Source of the DNA: Octopus bimaculoides
Taxonomy: Eukaryota
Reading direction: 5' to 3'
Length of the DNA: 64,000 nucleotides
NCBI RefSeq assembly: GCF_001194135.2
Contig: NC_068990.1
Location: 63,449,397 to 63,513,396, forward strand
The number at the start of each line of letters is the position of its first letter. Position 1 is the stretch's first letter. The translations under genes were made by a program, and so were the position numbers. Below the pieces are notes generated by a model, which worked only from the letters and a program-made list of their open reading frames with translations, made no database searches and was not told the DNA's origin. Shown piece by piece: positions 39,160-52,220 of the stretch.

Positions 39160-39727
39160 GTAGAGACGGCATCACCTGGAAATTATATTGCATTGTTTCG
39201 TGTGCCTTACAATGGACCCTCCTTCATTCACTATACAAAATCGGCAAAAGGTTTTGAATATCTCATTGATTGTCTTAAAGCTGGCGACATGGTTACAATA
39301 ACGATTCTTAAATGAATCAGCCGTCTGCCCAATGTAAACATACTGCCTCCACTTGTGTGCACGGTACATTTATATACAAAATTTGTACTCATACAGAGAT
39401 TCATCAATGGACATTTTGATTTTTCTATGCATGAGCATTTATCGTATTTATTTGTATATAAGGCAGTCCCGACTTCATTTACCGACGTTGTTACCATGTT
39501 AGCTGTATCATAAGTATTTGTGCTATTACAATATGGTCGTAATTGATAATTTTCATAGCGGTTTACATCTCTTTTGTTTGTATTTAGATGCGTATGTTCG
39601 TTAGATCCAGTAGGTGGGTTATTGAACCTTTGTCGCATTTTACTATTGTTTCTGCGATCCATAAGCTGCTCTAAATTAGCAGAGTTAGCATAGGATACCT
39701 TCACAGTGTGCCAATTAAAAATATGTT
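39160..39727 (-). mobile_element. Penelope-like fragment (linker + GIY-YIG)
   Basis: Reads IFNWHTVKVSYAN..CSCIEKSKCPLMNLC..FVYKCTV / YVYIGQTADSFKNRYCNHVASF. Confidence 0.85.
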
Positions 39728-40337
39728 TGTGTGTGTGTGTGTGTGTGTNNNNNNNNNNCAATTAAAAATATGTTTGTGTGTGTGTGTGTGTGTGTATGTG
39801 TGTGTGTGTATGTGTGTGTGTGTGCGTGCATGCGTGTGTGCGAGTGTGTGTGCGAGTCTGTGTCTGTATATGTGCAAAATTGTTCTTTGGCGGGTTAAGC
39901 CTAACTCACTTGATTCCTAGCAAGCCTCTACACTATACGCTTTTGTTAACAGGGCGTTTGTTTAATTCATATAAATATGTGTATATAAATATAATCAACC
40001 ATTGTTGTTGACTGTTAACTTCTATCAACTATGTTTTTTTTTTTGCCTTCGTGACAGTTTATCGAAACCAAAGGTATACAGTGGGGGCAAATAAACATTC
40101 CTACATGTCAAAATTCTTTATTTATTTTAATTTCTAATGAACATAAATGGGATATACCAATACTATATTTGTATACACATGCATAAACTAAGAATATACA
40201 AAAGAAACTAATAAATTATAGTAACTAATGAATTTATATACAATTATAAATATTTAGGGGTGAAATTGAATGTGAAGTCTAAAAACGGAAACAATTCCTA
40301 TCATAGTAGGCGCATTAGATATGATAAAAAAAATATT

Positions 40338-40540
40338 CAGACAAATACCTAACAAAAACACCAGGACTTATAAGTATATATAACAGACTGAAAATAACAC
40401 TACTAGGCACTGCACACGTCCTAAGTAAAACACTTTCAAAACAGTGTAAATAAGAGCACCACAACAAACCACCGTACTTACCTAAGGCACACAAAGCTGC
40501 GCTCGGTAGTGCAGCGAAAGCACAGGATAAAAATAAGATT
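40338..40540 (+). mobile_element. R4/Dong-like LINE extreme 3' end (family 1)
   Basis: KYLTKTPGL..KITLLGTAHVLSKTLS followed by a short 3' UTR. Confidence 0.75.
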
Positions 40541-41020
40541 ACTGGGATTTTCCAATCCAAACAGATCAGGTGCTAAAGCATAACAGACCAGACATAGTGG
40601 TGGTCGACAAGGTACACTACATATTCTATATAGTTAATGTTGCATACCATTTTGACCCACGAATAGTCAAGAAGGAAGACGAAAAGACAGATAGATACAA
40701 TCCTCTTAAGTACGAATTAGCCCGGCTATGGAAATGAAGAAGGTGAAGATAGTGCCAATTATTGTTGGGTCCTTGAGAACAGTATCAGAATGCATCAAGA
40801 GGAATATAAAGGGAATTAGAATAGAGTGCCCAGTGGAACTGTTACAAAAGGTCTGCACGGCCAGAATAATCAGGAAAGCATTAGTTAGCTGAAGAGAACG
40901 AAGAGCATGGTACTGTAGGCTGCAGGTAGTAAGTTCGATACGCATGCAAGACTCCAGGAGCTCCTACAAAACTGTGATAATAATGATAATAATAATAATA
41001 ATAATAATGATAATAATAAA
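40541..41020 (+). mobile_element. R4/Dong-like LINE 3' end (family 2, RLE) with (AAT)n tail
   Basis: Reads WDFPIQTDQVLKHNRPDIVVVDK..EDEKTDRYNPLKYELARLW..IVPIIVGSL..ELLQKV.TARIIRK. Confidence 0.88.
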
Positions 41021-41024
41021 TACA

Positions 41025-41180
41025 TGACGGGCTTCTTTCAATTTCCGTCTACCAAATCCAATCACAAGGCTTTGGTCGGTCCGGGATTATGGTAGAACAC
41101 ACTTGCTCAAGGTGTCACGCAATGGGACTAAACTTGGAGTCATGTAGTTGGGAAGCAACTTCTTACCAAACATCCACGCC
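41025..41180 (-). mobile_element. SINE family B, 5' half only
   Basis: Matches the head and CORE-like half and stops where the internal microsatellite would be. Confidence 0.8.
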
Positions 41181-41409
41181 TGAAAGTTTCATCGTTATTG
41201 CGAATGGAGACAGGAAAACCAGCAGGAAAATAAGATCCTCGTTAGGATGGCTAATATGGATCAGGCGAAACACAAAATAAGCTCATACTGATCTCTCTCC
41301 GATGAAAACTGAAGGTTCTAACTTAACACAACAGCAGAGCCAGGATAAATGTAGGCTAGTCCATTGAGCATGTCGTACATGAATATTTATGATACAAATA
41401 ATACAGACT

Positions 41410-41791
41410 TGTGGCTGTTTGGTAAGAAGTTTGCTTTTCAACCACATGGTTACGGATTCAGTCCCACTACATGGCACCTTGGGCAAGTGTCTTCTACTAT
41501 AGCCTCGGGCCGACCAAAGCCTTGTGAGTGGATTTGGTAGATGGAAACTGAAAGAAGCCCGTCGCATATATATATATATATATATGTATATGTATATGTA
41601 TACATATGTATGTATTTGTGTGTCTGTGTTTGTCCCCCACCATCACTTGACAACCACTGTTGGTGTGTTTACGTCCCCGTAACTTAGCGGTTACTAGGCT
41701 TACAAAGAATAAGTCCTGTGGTCGATTTGTTCGACTAAAGGCGGTGCTACAGCATGGCTCCAGTCAAATTACTGAAACAAGTAAAAGAATA
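41410..41791 (+). mobile_element. SINE family B, full length with a small deletion
   Basis: GGTTACGGATTCAGTCCC..CCTTGGGCAAGTG, then a (TA)n tract, then CTGTGGTCGATTTGTTCGACT..GAAACAAGTAAAAGA. Confidence 0.9.
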
Positions 41792-43149
41792 TACTACACA
41801 TGGTATGGATCATAATAGAAACTTGACAAGCAATGCCCACAACTTTATATCATCTCATTTGAAACATCACTTCTATGCAATTCTGGAGAAAGAAATCGCC
41901 ATCATGTTCCTTCTGCACGAGACACAAAAGGTATCGAAATGAGGACTAAAGCAATCAAGAACAGAGTGATACTAAAATAACAACCAAAGTTTAAGGGTCA
42001 AAAGTACATCGCTGGACCCAAACGCATACTAACGCCGGAAAAGATAATGAGTAACTACTGAATTAAACACAACGGAATTAAAGCACAGCCGTCTGGATAT
42101 TTTTGTTTTCCTTTGAGACAACGAAAGATATGTCATGTTTTAAAAATAGAGTAACTTCTAGAGGTTAGCAGTGGGGGAAATACAGAAGACATTTATGAGA
42201 AAGGATTTACAAAGCTAGTATTTAAAATACATATCCAATTATTTTAGATCGACAGAATCTGTACCAACTCGCATGGGATTCAAAGTATATTTGAAAATAT
42301 GTTTTTTCTGTTTTGTTTTTGGGTTTTTTTTTAAAGAAAAATGCTTAGTTCCATTGAGAGATAATTAACTTAGATATCTTCGACATCTAAGTCAATAATA
42401 ATCTACAAGACGTGTTTACAATTTGAAGAGTGAATAGTTGTAAAAATGATGTCCAAAGGAACAAGATTCACTTTATCAAAATATCCTTTCTACACAATCC
42501 CTTCATTGGGATGAGGATCCGTTAAATAACCTCTGGTGCTCAAATCAGAGGAACAATTATTATGCATATAACAACTACCAATTTAATGTTGACTAAATTC
42601 CAAGGAACAATCCTATTTGTGAGGGGAGAGTTGGTCTTTCTATGTTGCATAAAATTTGAAAAATAAAGCTACAATATATGTACAATTCTTATAAAATCAC
42701 TCACAGATGTTTTACGATTTACTGTACATTCTGCTTGTATATTGTGTTTTGTTAATTTCGCCCAGAGACATCTTCGTAATGAGTACATTACTAATTCATT
42801 TGTAATTTCCTGAATGACATATAATCTTTGTTTATATAGTATTGTATATGAGACATATACGTTGTTACTTCAAATATGTATAACGTCATATATGAGGTTG
42901 TATGTATGTATGAGAGAAAAGATCGTTGACAAATTAACTTAATTCTGTGAAACCAGGTGTCTTTAAGTAAGATATCATTATTTATTTGACGTCAGTATAT
43001 TTATTACATAATTAGGTATCAAGGAAGGATAGCACATATGTTTGTTCACTACCGAGGAAAGCATTTAATCAAAGACAAATTGTTGCATGGAAATTGATAA
43101 GATTGATTTGTTTTGTCTACACGGAAAGTTTTCTGAATTAGAAGAATCA

Positions 43150-44133
43150 TTTATAGTACATTAATGTATTTATAAACCAGTGTGGATAAGATAAGACATA
43201 GATAGTCTCAACAGGATTTAATATCAAACACGTAACGATAAAATTAAATAGAATAGCATATATTTTAAATCATATATGCTACTATTTTCACCTCTTCTTT
43301 ACAAGCGGTTTCTCGATTTTGTTGTTTTACCCTTCATTATTTTTAATCTAGCAAAATGAAACTCTTATTAAATACACGTAATTCTATACTTAACGTGCTA
43401 ATAGTTATTGACGTATAACGAAATAAAGCATTCTAATTTTTGCGGAAAATAAAAAAGGAAACAAGAAAACGAATTTTCTAAATATATTTTCATCATTTAA
43501 ACATTTTTGATATTACAAATGCAAGAGCTAGTGGGTTAGATCAATATGCTCGTCTGAAGAATGACTACTTTTGTCAATGCATTAATCTCTGAGGGGAAAT
43601 TACCAAGTGAAAAGCTATTGTCGAGTTTATTGCTTTGTTGCTGACAAAGCCCCATTGTAATCCTAAATGTAATACTAAATCTAGCAATATGGTTTGCAAA
43701 CATGTGCAGTATTCCTAATACCAGGCTCTTAACTTTAATACACCTAGACGCCGGTTCAGTTTCCATTTAATATATGTGTTAGAGCTATTTTAAAATATTT
43801 AGTAATAATTACTAGTAAAAAAAACATACTCCGAGAACTCCGTGTTGCTATCGCTGGCGTATAATTTCGTCGTAGTAGTTGTTCACCCTTAGGTAACTTG
43901 CGTCAATGATTCTTTTCTTGTTATTTCGTGCATTCAGAATAATAGATCTTATTTTACGTGCAAAAGTGTTCAGCAATAAGCACTTCTAATATTTTTATGA
44001 AGTCAAGATTAATTTATTTGTTATTGCCATTAAATAAAGGAAATCGCAAAGTCGAAACATGCGTCTGCCAAAGAAATAACATTGATAGTTAACTTTGTTC
44101 AGGAATTCTTTTGTTAGAAGTCGAGTGTATGTA

Positions 44134-44186
<53 letters not shown>

Positions 44187-45262
44187 CATTTACAGCATAG
44201 TCATTTCCCTAGTTTAGGAAAATAATTTAAACTTGTGGCTGATGTTGACAGATATATCAAGGAATAAATATTATTAATAGTTTCCTTTCTTAAAGACATT
44301 CATACCTCGGAGAATATAAAGATATTTGTAGTATTTATTAAATTTGTTTTGACATTATTGTTTCGGTTACAACAATCAACGTTTTACTTTCAACTACAGA
44401 ACTTGTCAAAATCTAATTATATCATTTCATTCAGAAAAATAGAATATTTCAATTCGCCCAAGCCTCATCTATGCAAAGCACGACATGTATTTAAATTTAA
44501 TACGCTTTAAACACTAAACCTTGATTTTTCTGTTGATTCTTCTCTAAAAAACATTAATTTTAAAATTAGATTTTGTAGAACTCTATGATTTATCTATACT
44601 ACTTTACGAAAGGAAACTTCTCTCCATATAAGACTGTATAATTCGTTTAATAACATCTCTAAATGAACACTCCAACTGAACTGACCAATTCATATACTCT
44701 CTTTTTATACAGATCTGGGGGTTTTTTTATCATCTACATATGATGTTTATCAGGAAACATAACAGGAGAATAGTATTCATTAATGAGGAATGTTTAGTTA
44801 CCTCACTTTGTACTACGATTAAACATCAAATACTTGAACTTTACGGAAAGAGGCATCAGCAAATGAATGATTACTAAAAAGATGAGCAATTGGGAATTAT
44901 AACATTTATAGTGCATCTAAGGTTATAAAAAGTGTATGTTGAATGAAATAGTATAAGTTGCCTTGTGAAAACACGGATCAAACTCGTTTCGCAGGCAATT
45001 TGTCTCTCAGCTTAAACAATTTCCATTAGTCGAATAGAATCGAAATATTTACTCGAACATTTTATATTTTAGACTTCATAGAATTCTTTACATTTTTACA
45101 CTTATCCTTCAAAAGTAAATGAATATGTCTGCTTGTATTTTTGAGAGACTCCAAAACGGAGCAAGTTACTAAAATATGTTTTCATTATCTTTACAGATAG
45201 AAAATGTACAGTCTTATTTATATCTTATTTATATTGAGGTATCCATACATACCTACACACAC

Positions 45263-45320
<58 letters not shown>

Positions 45321-45347
45321 NNNNNNNNNNATACGTATATCTATATA

Positions 45348-45427
<80 letters not shown>

Positions 45428-46260
45428 CGCGCGTGTGTATGTTTCTGCTTGTGTGTGTATATATATATACATATATATGCATGTGTGTATGTATATACAT
45501 ATATATAAAATACTCCAGGTTTATGTTTATCAATGTTGGAAAGGAAACAAAGATATTTTTTCCAATTTCCAAAATTTTTAACTCTGAAGTTATGGATCCT
45601 GTGAATAGCTAATAATACTTATCTTCTCCAAAGAATATTAAATGTTCTATGTATTCGTATGGCTGGCAGAAATATTCTGATGAAGCTACAAAAGATAATC
45701 CAAATTATCTGATTGTTGTGATTTGGTAGAATTAGAATTTCAAAAGTCTTTACTTATTCATTATATTAATGATCTTTGTTCTTTCACTGATTACTAACCA
45801 GGTATACACTAACATACAAATGAAATTGTTAGTTAATACTAAATAAATGTTTTGTTTAGAAACTGAAAAAAATCGAAATGTTAAATTTACGAAAACTGAA
45901 ACTTATTTTAATTATCAGTAGAATTATTTCCTGTAATTTCTCTCATGTCAGATTAACGAGTGTTGATTATGTTGCTCATCCAGCTTGAAAGGTAGTTGGC
46001 AAAAAAGTCATTGAATACTTCACATGCCAAGAACTATAGTTATTTTGTCCTCTTAAGTGTAGCATATTCAGATAGGCTGTTAATTAACCGGGAGGAAGGG
46101 CATACTATCAGAATGTTTTTGTCTTCTCAAAGTATTAATTACTTTAAGTGAAAAGGGAGCAATTTTCAAAATTGAACGACAGTAGAAAATATTTGCATCT
46201 TTAATCCACTTTCTTGATGGAAACATAAATATAAATGTTTTCAAAGAGTGAAACAATGAC
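43150..46260 (-). pseudogene. possible decayed leucine-rich-repeat (Toll-like/LRR receptor) coding sequence
   Basis: LRR-consensus matches LKILEIGKNIFVSFP (45531-45581), LGILHMFANHIARF (43677-43718), LKLMFLEKN (~44550) and IKDANIFYCRSILKI (46161-46205). An LRR-CT-like NPL-SCIC (43515-43537, needs a frameshift) and a hydrophobic stretch (~43165-43260) follow in the expected order. There are many stops, and chance matches are plausible in AT-rich DNA. Confidence 0.35.
45904..46189 (+). repeat. 286-bp direct repeat, copy 1
   Basis: Identical to 47115-47400 except for one G/T difference that I could find. Confidence 0.95.
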
Positions 46261-47114
46261 AATTCTGATGACTTGTATGTTTTTTTTTAAATATTCGTTT
46301 CTTTTCTAAAATAGATCGATGGCATAATGTCTAATATCAGAGAAGAATATACAGTAAAAAAAATAACCTTTTAACCCCTTTTATAAATCAAAATATTACT
46401 CTCTGCCGCTTAGGTTTATGTCAGTAGCTCTGTCTCATATTCCTGTCAAACAAGTGAATTTGTTTTGTATTTATTTGCATCATCTTTCATACTCGTATGT
46501 GTGGAGGCCTTAAGTAAACTTGGTGATTACCTCGGGTGCTAAATTCCGAGACCACAACACAAAATCAAAACAACTGGAACTAAGTTTATTTATCAGAAAA
46601 AATACACGAAATTTCAGTTATAAAAAGAAGGGAGGGAGAAGGACGGAGGACAGGGTTGGGGTGTGTTAAGAAAGGTGACAAGGCCAAGTGGTTTTATTAT
46701 ACCATCACATGTTTTCGTGTGAAACATTAAATTTTGCACAGATAACAGATACTCGGTGACATTCATAATATTAGAACTATAGACTTATGCGCAAGTTAAC
46801 TAGAATTTTTCAACTACACTTTTTTTTTAGCTATTGTGAAGACGATAGCTACTGAGCACACATTGGTAAACTCAGAGATGAGACAGCACATTGTAGCACT
46901 GGGAGAAATCAATGAAGCCCACATAAAGGGTTTGAAGAATGGGGTGCACATTTTTGGATTGCTTAGTGGGCAAAATGTTCTGATACGAAAATACTAGAAC
47001 GCTTACTTTAGGACTGGGAAGGTGGGGTGCACAATATTGTTTTGACCTAGGGAGCTGAAAATCATGGAACTGGCTCTGTATGCTATTGAGAACTCACATG
47101 TGAATTTCATCAAA

Positions 47115-47400
47115 TATTTTAATTATCAGTAGAATTATTTCCTGTAATTTCTCTCATGTCAGATTAACGAGTGTTGATTATGTTGCTCATCCAGCTTGAA
47201 AGGTAGTTGGCAAAAAAGTCATTGAATACTTCACATGCCAAGAACTATAGTTATTTTGTCCTCTTAAGTGTAGCATATTCAGATAGGCTGTTAATTAACC
47301 GGGAGGAAGGGCATACTATCAGAATTTTTTTGTCTTCTCAAAGTATTAATTACTTTAAGTGAAAAGGGAGCAATTTTCAAAATTGAACGACAGTAGAAAA
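47115..47400 (+). repeat. 286-bp direct repeat, copy 2
   Basis: Offset 1211 bp from copy 1. No TG...CA termini. Confidence 0.95.
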
Positions 47401-47464
47401 CTTTTAACACAAATTTTTTTTTGAGAGAAATAATTCGACATTTTTTGTCTTTTTCGGAACATGG

Positions 47465-47494
47465 TTAAGTATCAATCTGTTTCTGCAAGTTATC

Positions 47495-47548
<54 letters not shown>

Positions 47549-47553
47549 GTTGC

Positions 47554-47585
<32 letters not shown>

Positions 47586-47641
47586 TTGTTGTAGTTGTTG
47601 TTGTTGTTGGTGTTGTTGTTGTTGTTGTTCTTCTTCTTCTT

Positions 47642-47736
<95 letters not shown>

Positions 47737-47764
47737 TACTATTACTATTACTATTATTATTATT
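47465..47764. repeat. compound trinucleotide microsatellite (ATT)(GTT)(CTT)(ATT)(ACT); tail/target of the adjacent LINE
   Basis: Directly visible and abuts the 3' UTR of the LINE at 47765. Confidence 0.95.
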
Positions 47765-49245
47765 CCTTCGTAACACTGTGTAGGTAAAAATGCACCGGAA
47801 TCTTTAGTTATCTGTCAAGTCATAACAAGGACTTCAGACGGTTAATACTTTCCTTAAGATGTGCGCTGTCCCCAATAAGGTTGCTTTTTGCAAAACATCA
47901 ATCTTGCATGAGATTTCCAGTTGCCTTAAGAAGTATTGAAGTTTCAATGCGATTGAGCCCAACGCTCCGATCACCACTGGCATCACTTTTACATTACCAT
48001 CTCGTATTCCATACAGTCTTACCATTTCCTCTTTCAATTCGGAGTACTTGGTGATTTTTTCAACCTCTTTACTCACAACATTCATGTCATTTGGTATGGC
48101 TACATCAATGATCTGACAGTATTTGTCTCTCTTACTCAATATGACCATATCCGGCCGACGGTGTTCGATTACACGATTCGTCTGAAAATCATAGTCCCAG
48201 AGTATCGTTACTTTTCCATCCTCCTGCATAAGTTTATTTGGTACATGCTCATACCAGTTCTCTGTTACTTCATAATGGTATTTACAGCACAAGAGCCAAT
48301 GAAGATACACACACACTTTTTCGTGGCGGGCGGTGCTTGTATTCTTTTCGTGCAAGGCTCTCACATCCACTTACGAAGTGGATCACATTTTCCACACTCT
48401 TTCCACAGTGTCTGCATTTCTGGGTGTCAGAAGTTTTATAGATATGATATTTTACTGAATTGGTAGCGAGAGCCTGGTCTTGTGCAGCAATAACCAGGCT
48501 TTCTGTGGTACGCTTCAAATCATCTCGTTCAAGTCATGCCCACGAGATGTATTATCCTTAACGTCTTGTGTATTCCTTTCAAACTGTCCATGCATTCTCA
48601 TTTCAAGAAGGTCTTTTTTTACTTCTCCTTAGCTCTTTGGTTAAACTCTTCCTTGCCCGTCCTTTCATCTGCATTTACACCCGCAGCTTTCACGGCATGT
48701 TGCAGCAGGTCTTCATCACAATTTATCAAATACTCAGCAAGCGTTCCTCTTTCACTCCTTATAAAATGTTCTATGCTAATTAGTCCTCTGCCACCATTCT
48801 TTCTTTTCATATACAGTCTGTTTACATTTGCTTTAGGGTGTAGCGCGCTATGCAGCGTAATCAACTTTCTCGTCCTTCTATTCAGTGTTGATATTTCCTC
48901 CTTAGTCCATTTGAGGATGGGTGCACTATATCTGACCACCGCAACTGCCCATACATTGTGGCAGTCAAAATTTTGGCATTCAGGCTGGATTTCAACACCA
49001 TTTTCATCCCTTTTTGATTCGCCTCACTGACCTTGAGTTTCATTTCTCTGTGTAGAATGCCGTCCAGCTCCCAAATCCCTAAATATCCATACCCACTACC
49101 GTTAGGTTCACCCATGGTCTCTTCTGATTGTAACCGCAATCCTCTGCATGCTACTTTCTTCCCTCTTCTCATATTAAACACTGAGCATTTGGTAATCCCA
49201 AATTCCATACCGATGTCCCTACCACAACTTGTATATGATCTGTTG
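47765..49245 (-). mobile_element. R4/Dong-like LINE, 5'-truncated, with an intact 3' end
   Basis: Motifs GMEFGITKC, Y.YLGI, HPKANVNRLYMKRKNGGRGLISIE, ESLVIAAQDQAL, KCRHCGKSVENVIHFVSGC, ILWDYDFQT..HRRPDMV..DVAIPND..EKITKY and LQKATLLGTAHILRKVL*. A few frameshifts. Confidence 0.95.
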
Positions 49246-49629
49246 TGACATAACGACTGTCCGAGGCCAGATCACTGCCCCTGATACGGACGGTTTCGGA
49301 CGTGCCGGGAAACCTTCACCATGATCGGCTATAGCTTCAGTCTCGCCGTTAATTGTTTCCTTGTTGAGTTGCATCATGATTTTTTTGAGTCGTTCGTGGG
49401 GTTCCCACGAGAGTTGTTACTGAGACCCCATCTCTCTCTTCCTCTCTTTATTTGTATATACACGTGTACATGTATGTATATACATATACAAATAACGTGC
49501 TCGCATTGTGCCGCCTCCATAACCACAGTGATTATCATTACCACCATCGTTCTACCTATAGCATTGAAAATTATCAATAATAATATGGTTCTTGGTATAT
49601 TGCAGCAGTTCTTCGTCACTATCTATCGA

Positions 49630-50043
49630 ATACTCCGCAAGTAACTCCGCAATGCTTTCCTCAGTAGTGGCAGTTGCAGGACATCCAGACCTTCGGTCAC
49701 CTTCAAGACTCTCTTTTCCTCTCCTAAATCTAGCTGCCCACTTTTACACTGTTCATAAAGCTGGGGTGTCATCCCCTAACGTAGCAACCATGTCAGTATG
49801 AATGACCTTGTGGACTAAACCTTTTTTTCTGCCGCTACTTGATAATACTGCCGTACAAAATTTTGTCCATTTCCAAGAGAAGTCGCTACTAGTTACGTTT
49901 GAAGTCTTCTTTGAATAGTCAAATGTCAGTTATTAACACAATACAGTTATTAACACACCTAAATGAAACTAACGCATGCAAGATTTCACAGTTCTAGCAT
50001 AATTCTTCCATAGTCAAGCTATGAACTTTTCTGCTCACCTTCA
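49630..50043 (-). mobile_element. mariner 5' fragment (TIR + HTH)
   Basis: TA then TGAAGGTGAGCAGAAAAGTTC (TIR-like). Translates MDKILY..IHTDMVATLGDDTPAL..KWAARFRRGKESLEGDRRSGCP. Confidence 0.85.
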
Positions 50044-50134
50044 TACAACTTTCACAAAATTAAATTGTGCCTACTGAGTTAAATTTATATTTTTCTATGC
50101 ACTTCATAAGTTAATGACCATATTTATATTTTAC

Positions 50135-50286
50135 CTGTATCTTCAGGAATAAAAATAACACCTGATGTGATACAAACCGAAAATTGCCTACTTGTGGTTC
50201 TGTCTGTGTTAACAATGCAGTCATAATTAGGAAGGACGTTTCTATCAGTTCATCACGTAGGTTCAGAATATTATTCTTTTTCTCAT
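50135..50286 (-). CDS. candidate orphan internal exon (152 nt), unverified
   Basis: Acceptor TTGTTTGTTGTGTAG and donor CAG|GTAAAA. Only one frame is open: EKKNNILNLRDELIETSFLIMTALLTQTEPQVGNFRFVSHQVLFLFLKIQ. I recognise no domain. Confidence 0.2.
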
Positions 50287-51917
50287 CTACACAACAAACA
50301 AGCATTTACCTAGTTTTCGTGTCAGGACATGTGTAGACTTCTTATAATGACGTATGTGGACTACTTGTGATGATGTATGTGTGCTGTTTTGATAACTGTC
50401 GTATGGTACGTGTGACAACGTGTGTACACTGTTAATTTATTCGTAACCTTTTCAAATATTCACACTGATATTGCTTTATTTGTAAGTAAGCGTTGTACTC
50501 AAAACTGTAAACAAACATCTCTTACTAGCTGATAATCTTTATACACTCAAACACTCCGAAACATTCAATTTATCTCTTTTCTTTTTCGTCACAGTTATGT
50601 TCCAGTTCTAACATTAAATCATTTAGTAACACTTAAAACAGCAAAGAACTGCATTGACAGAGATCTGAAAAAAATTTAACAAACAAAACATTATGAAATA
50701 TAGCATTAAGAAATATATTACAACAAAAGATTTAAGGGCATAGAGATTTTCGTATTAGTAAACGTTCGTAAAGGTTCTTCAATGCCATGTTACGTACTGA
50801 CTTTTATTGTGCATCACAGTTACAGGCTCATTAAAAGATGTAGGAAGAAATAATCATATCCGTACTTGATAATATAAATGAAATACAATCATTAAAACTT
50901 TGTGTACTTTCTTTTTCTTTTTCTTTTTTTTTTATAACTCCTTGAAGAAACATGGAATAATTTGAGCAAATATAATGCGATTGTTTTGAAAAGCGAACTA
51001 GCTGATTGCCGAATAGCTATAGTAATTCCAGCTGAGTTTCAGTAACAGCCATAGCTCTGCTGAAAGGCTTTGAATGATGTATGCATCTGACAATCGGGGT
51101 CAACTGTACTTTATCGAACTGTTTATTAGCTATTCAGTTGTCTCTTAAAGAGCTGTAAGATGCTATGCAACAAATCAGTGCAGTAGTCACTGTTCCTTAA
51201 TCTCACCGGGAACTTCTCAATGTAAGGTTAGAGGAAGGAAAGGAAACTATTGCACCGCGTTTATAAATTTGAGGAGATTTGATGTGGATAGTGAGAGGAA
51301 AGTAAAAACAGAAAATATATAAAGAGCGGTGAATAATGGCAATGTTAGTACTACTGTCAATGTGAAAAGCCACGTTTAATGGTAGATATCGACGGCATGC
51401 CCAGTCTATCAATTAAAATATTTTATCCAAAATGCTATTCATCTCATTATTCCTTCTTCATCGCTCTCTCCCCCTCTGTTTATATATCTTTTTGCTCACC
51501 ATCAACATACGCCTATCTCCCTCTCGCTATATTTCTATAATAGTTCTTCATACGTTTCAATTATGGTCGTTCGGCGTCTCTAACTTATGCTTTCGCATTC
51601 TCTATTTCGCTGGATACTCACACATTTACTTTCACGGCTAAACACGTGCGCAATCACTAACTGACACACACGCAAACACACACACACAGACACATACACA
51701 CACACAAATACACACACACGCGTGCATGCACACGTTGAGAGTTCCAGCGGTCCCCTCAGATTTTAAATATATAAAATTTTACATTTATTNNNNNNNNNNN
51801 NNNNNNNNNNNNNNNNNNNNNNNNNNNNNNNNNNNNNNNNNNNNNNNNNNNNNNNNNNNNNNNNNNNNNNNNNNNNNNNNNNNNNNNNNNNNNNNNNNNN
51901 NNNNNNNNNNNNNNNNN

Positions 51918-51992
<75 letters not shown>

Positions 51993-52061
51993 TGAGCATA
52001 TATGTATGTACGTATGTGCATATATGCATATATATATAAATATAGATATAGATATATAGAT

Positions 52062-52118
<57 letters not shown>

Positions 52119-52220
52119 GATATATAGATAGATATATATACTTATATATATTTACACATATATCTATGAATATATATATATATGATATAATTATATATAT
52201 ATATATATATATAGTGTCTT

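Noticed and set aside
39712-39790. CAATTAAAAATATGTTTGTGTG duplicated across a 10-N gap
   Set aside because: Same assembly artefact pattern.
41860-41915. YAILEKEIAIMF resembling the LTR-retrotransposon RNase H motif
   Set aside because: A single short motif with no flanking RT, integrase or LTR support.
45904-47400. LTR/TRIM retrotransposon call for the direct-repeat pair
   Set aside because: No TG...CA termini, PBS, PPT or TSD; kept only as an unexplained duplication.
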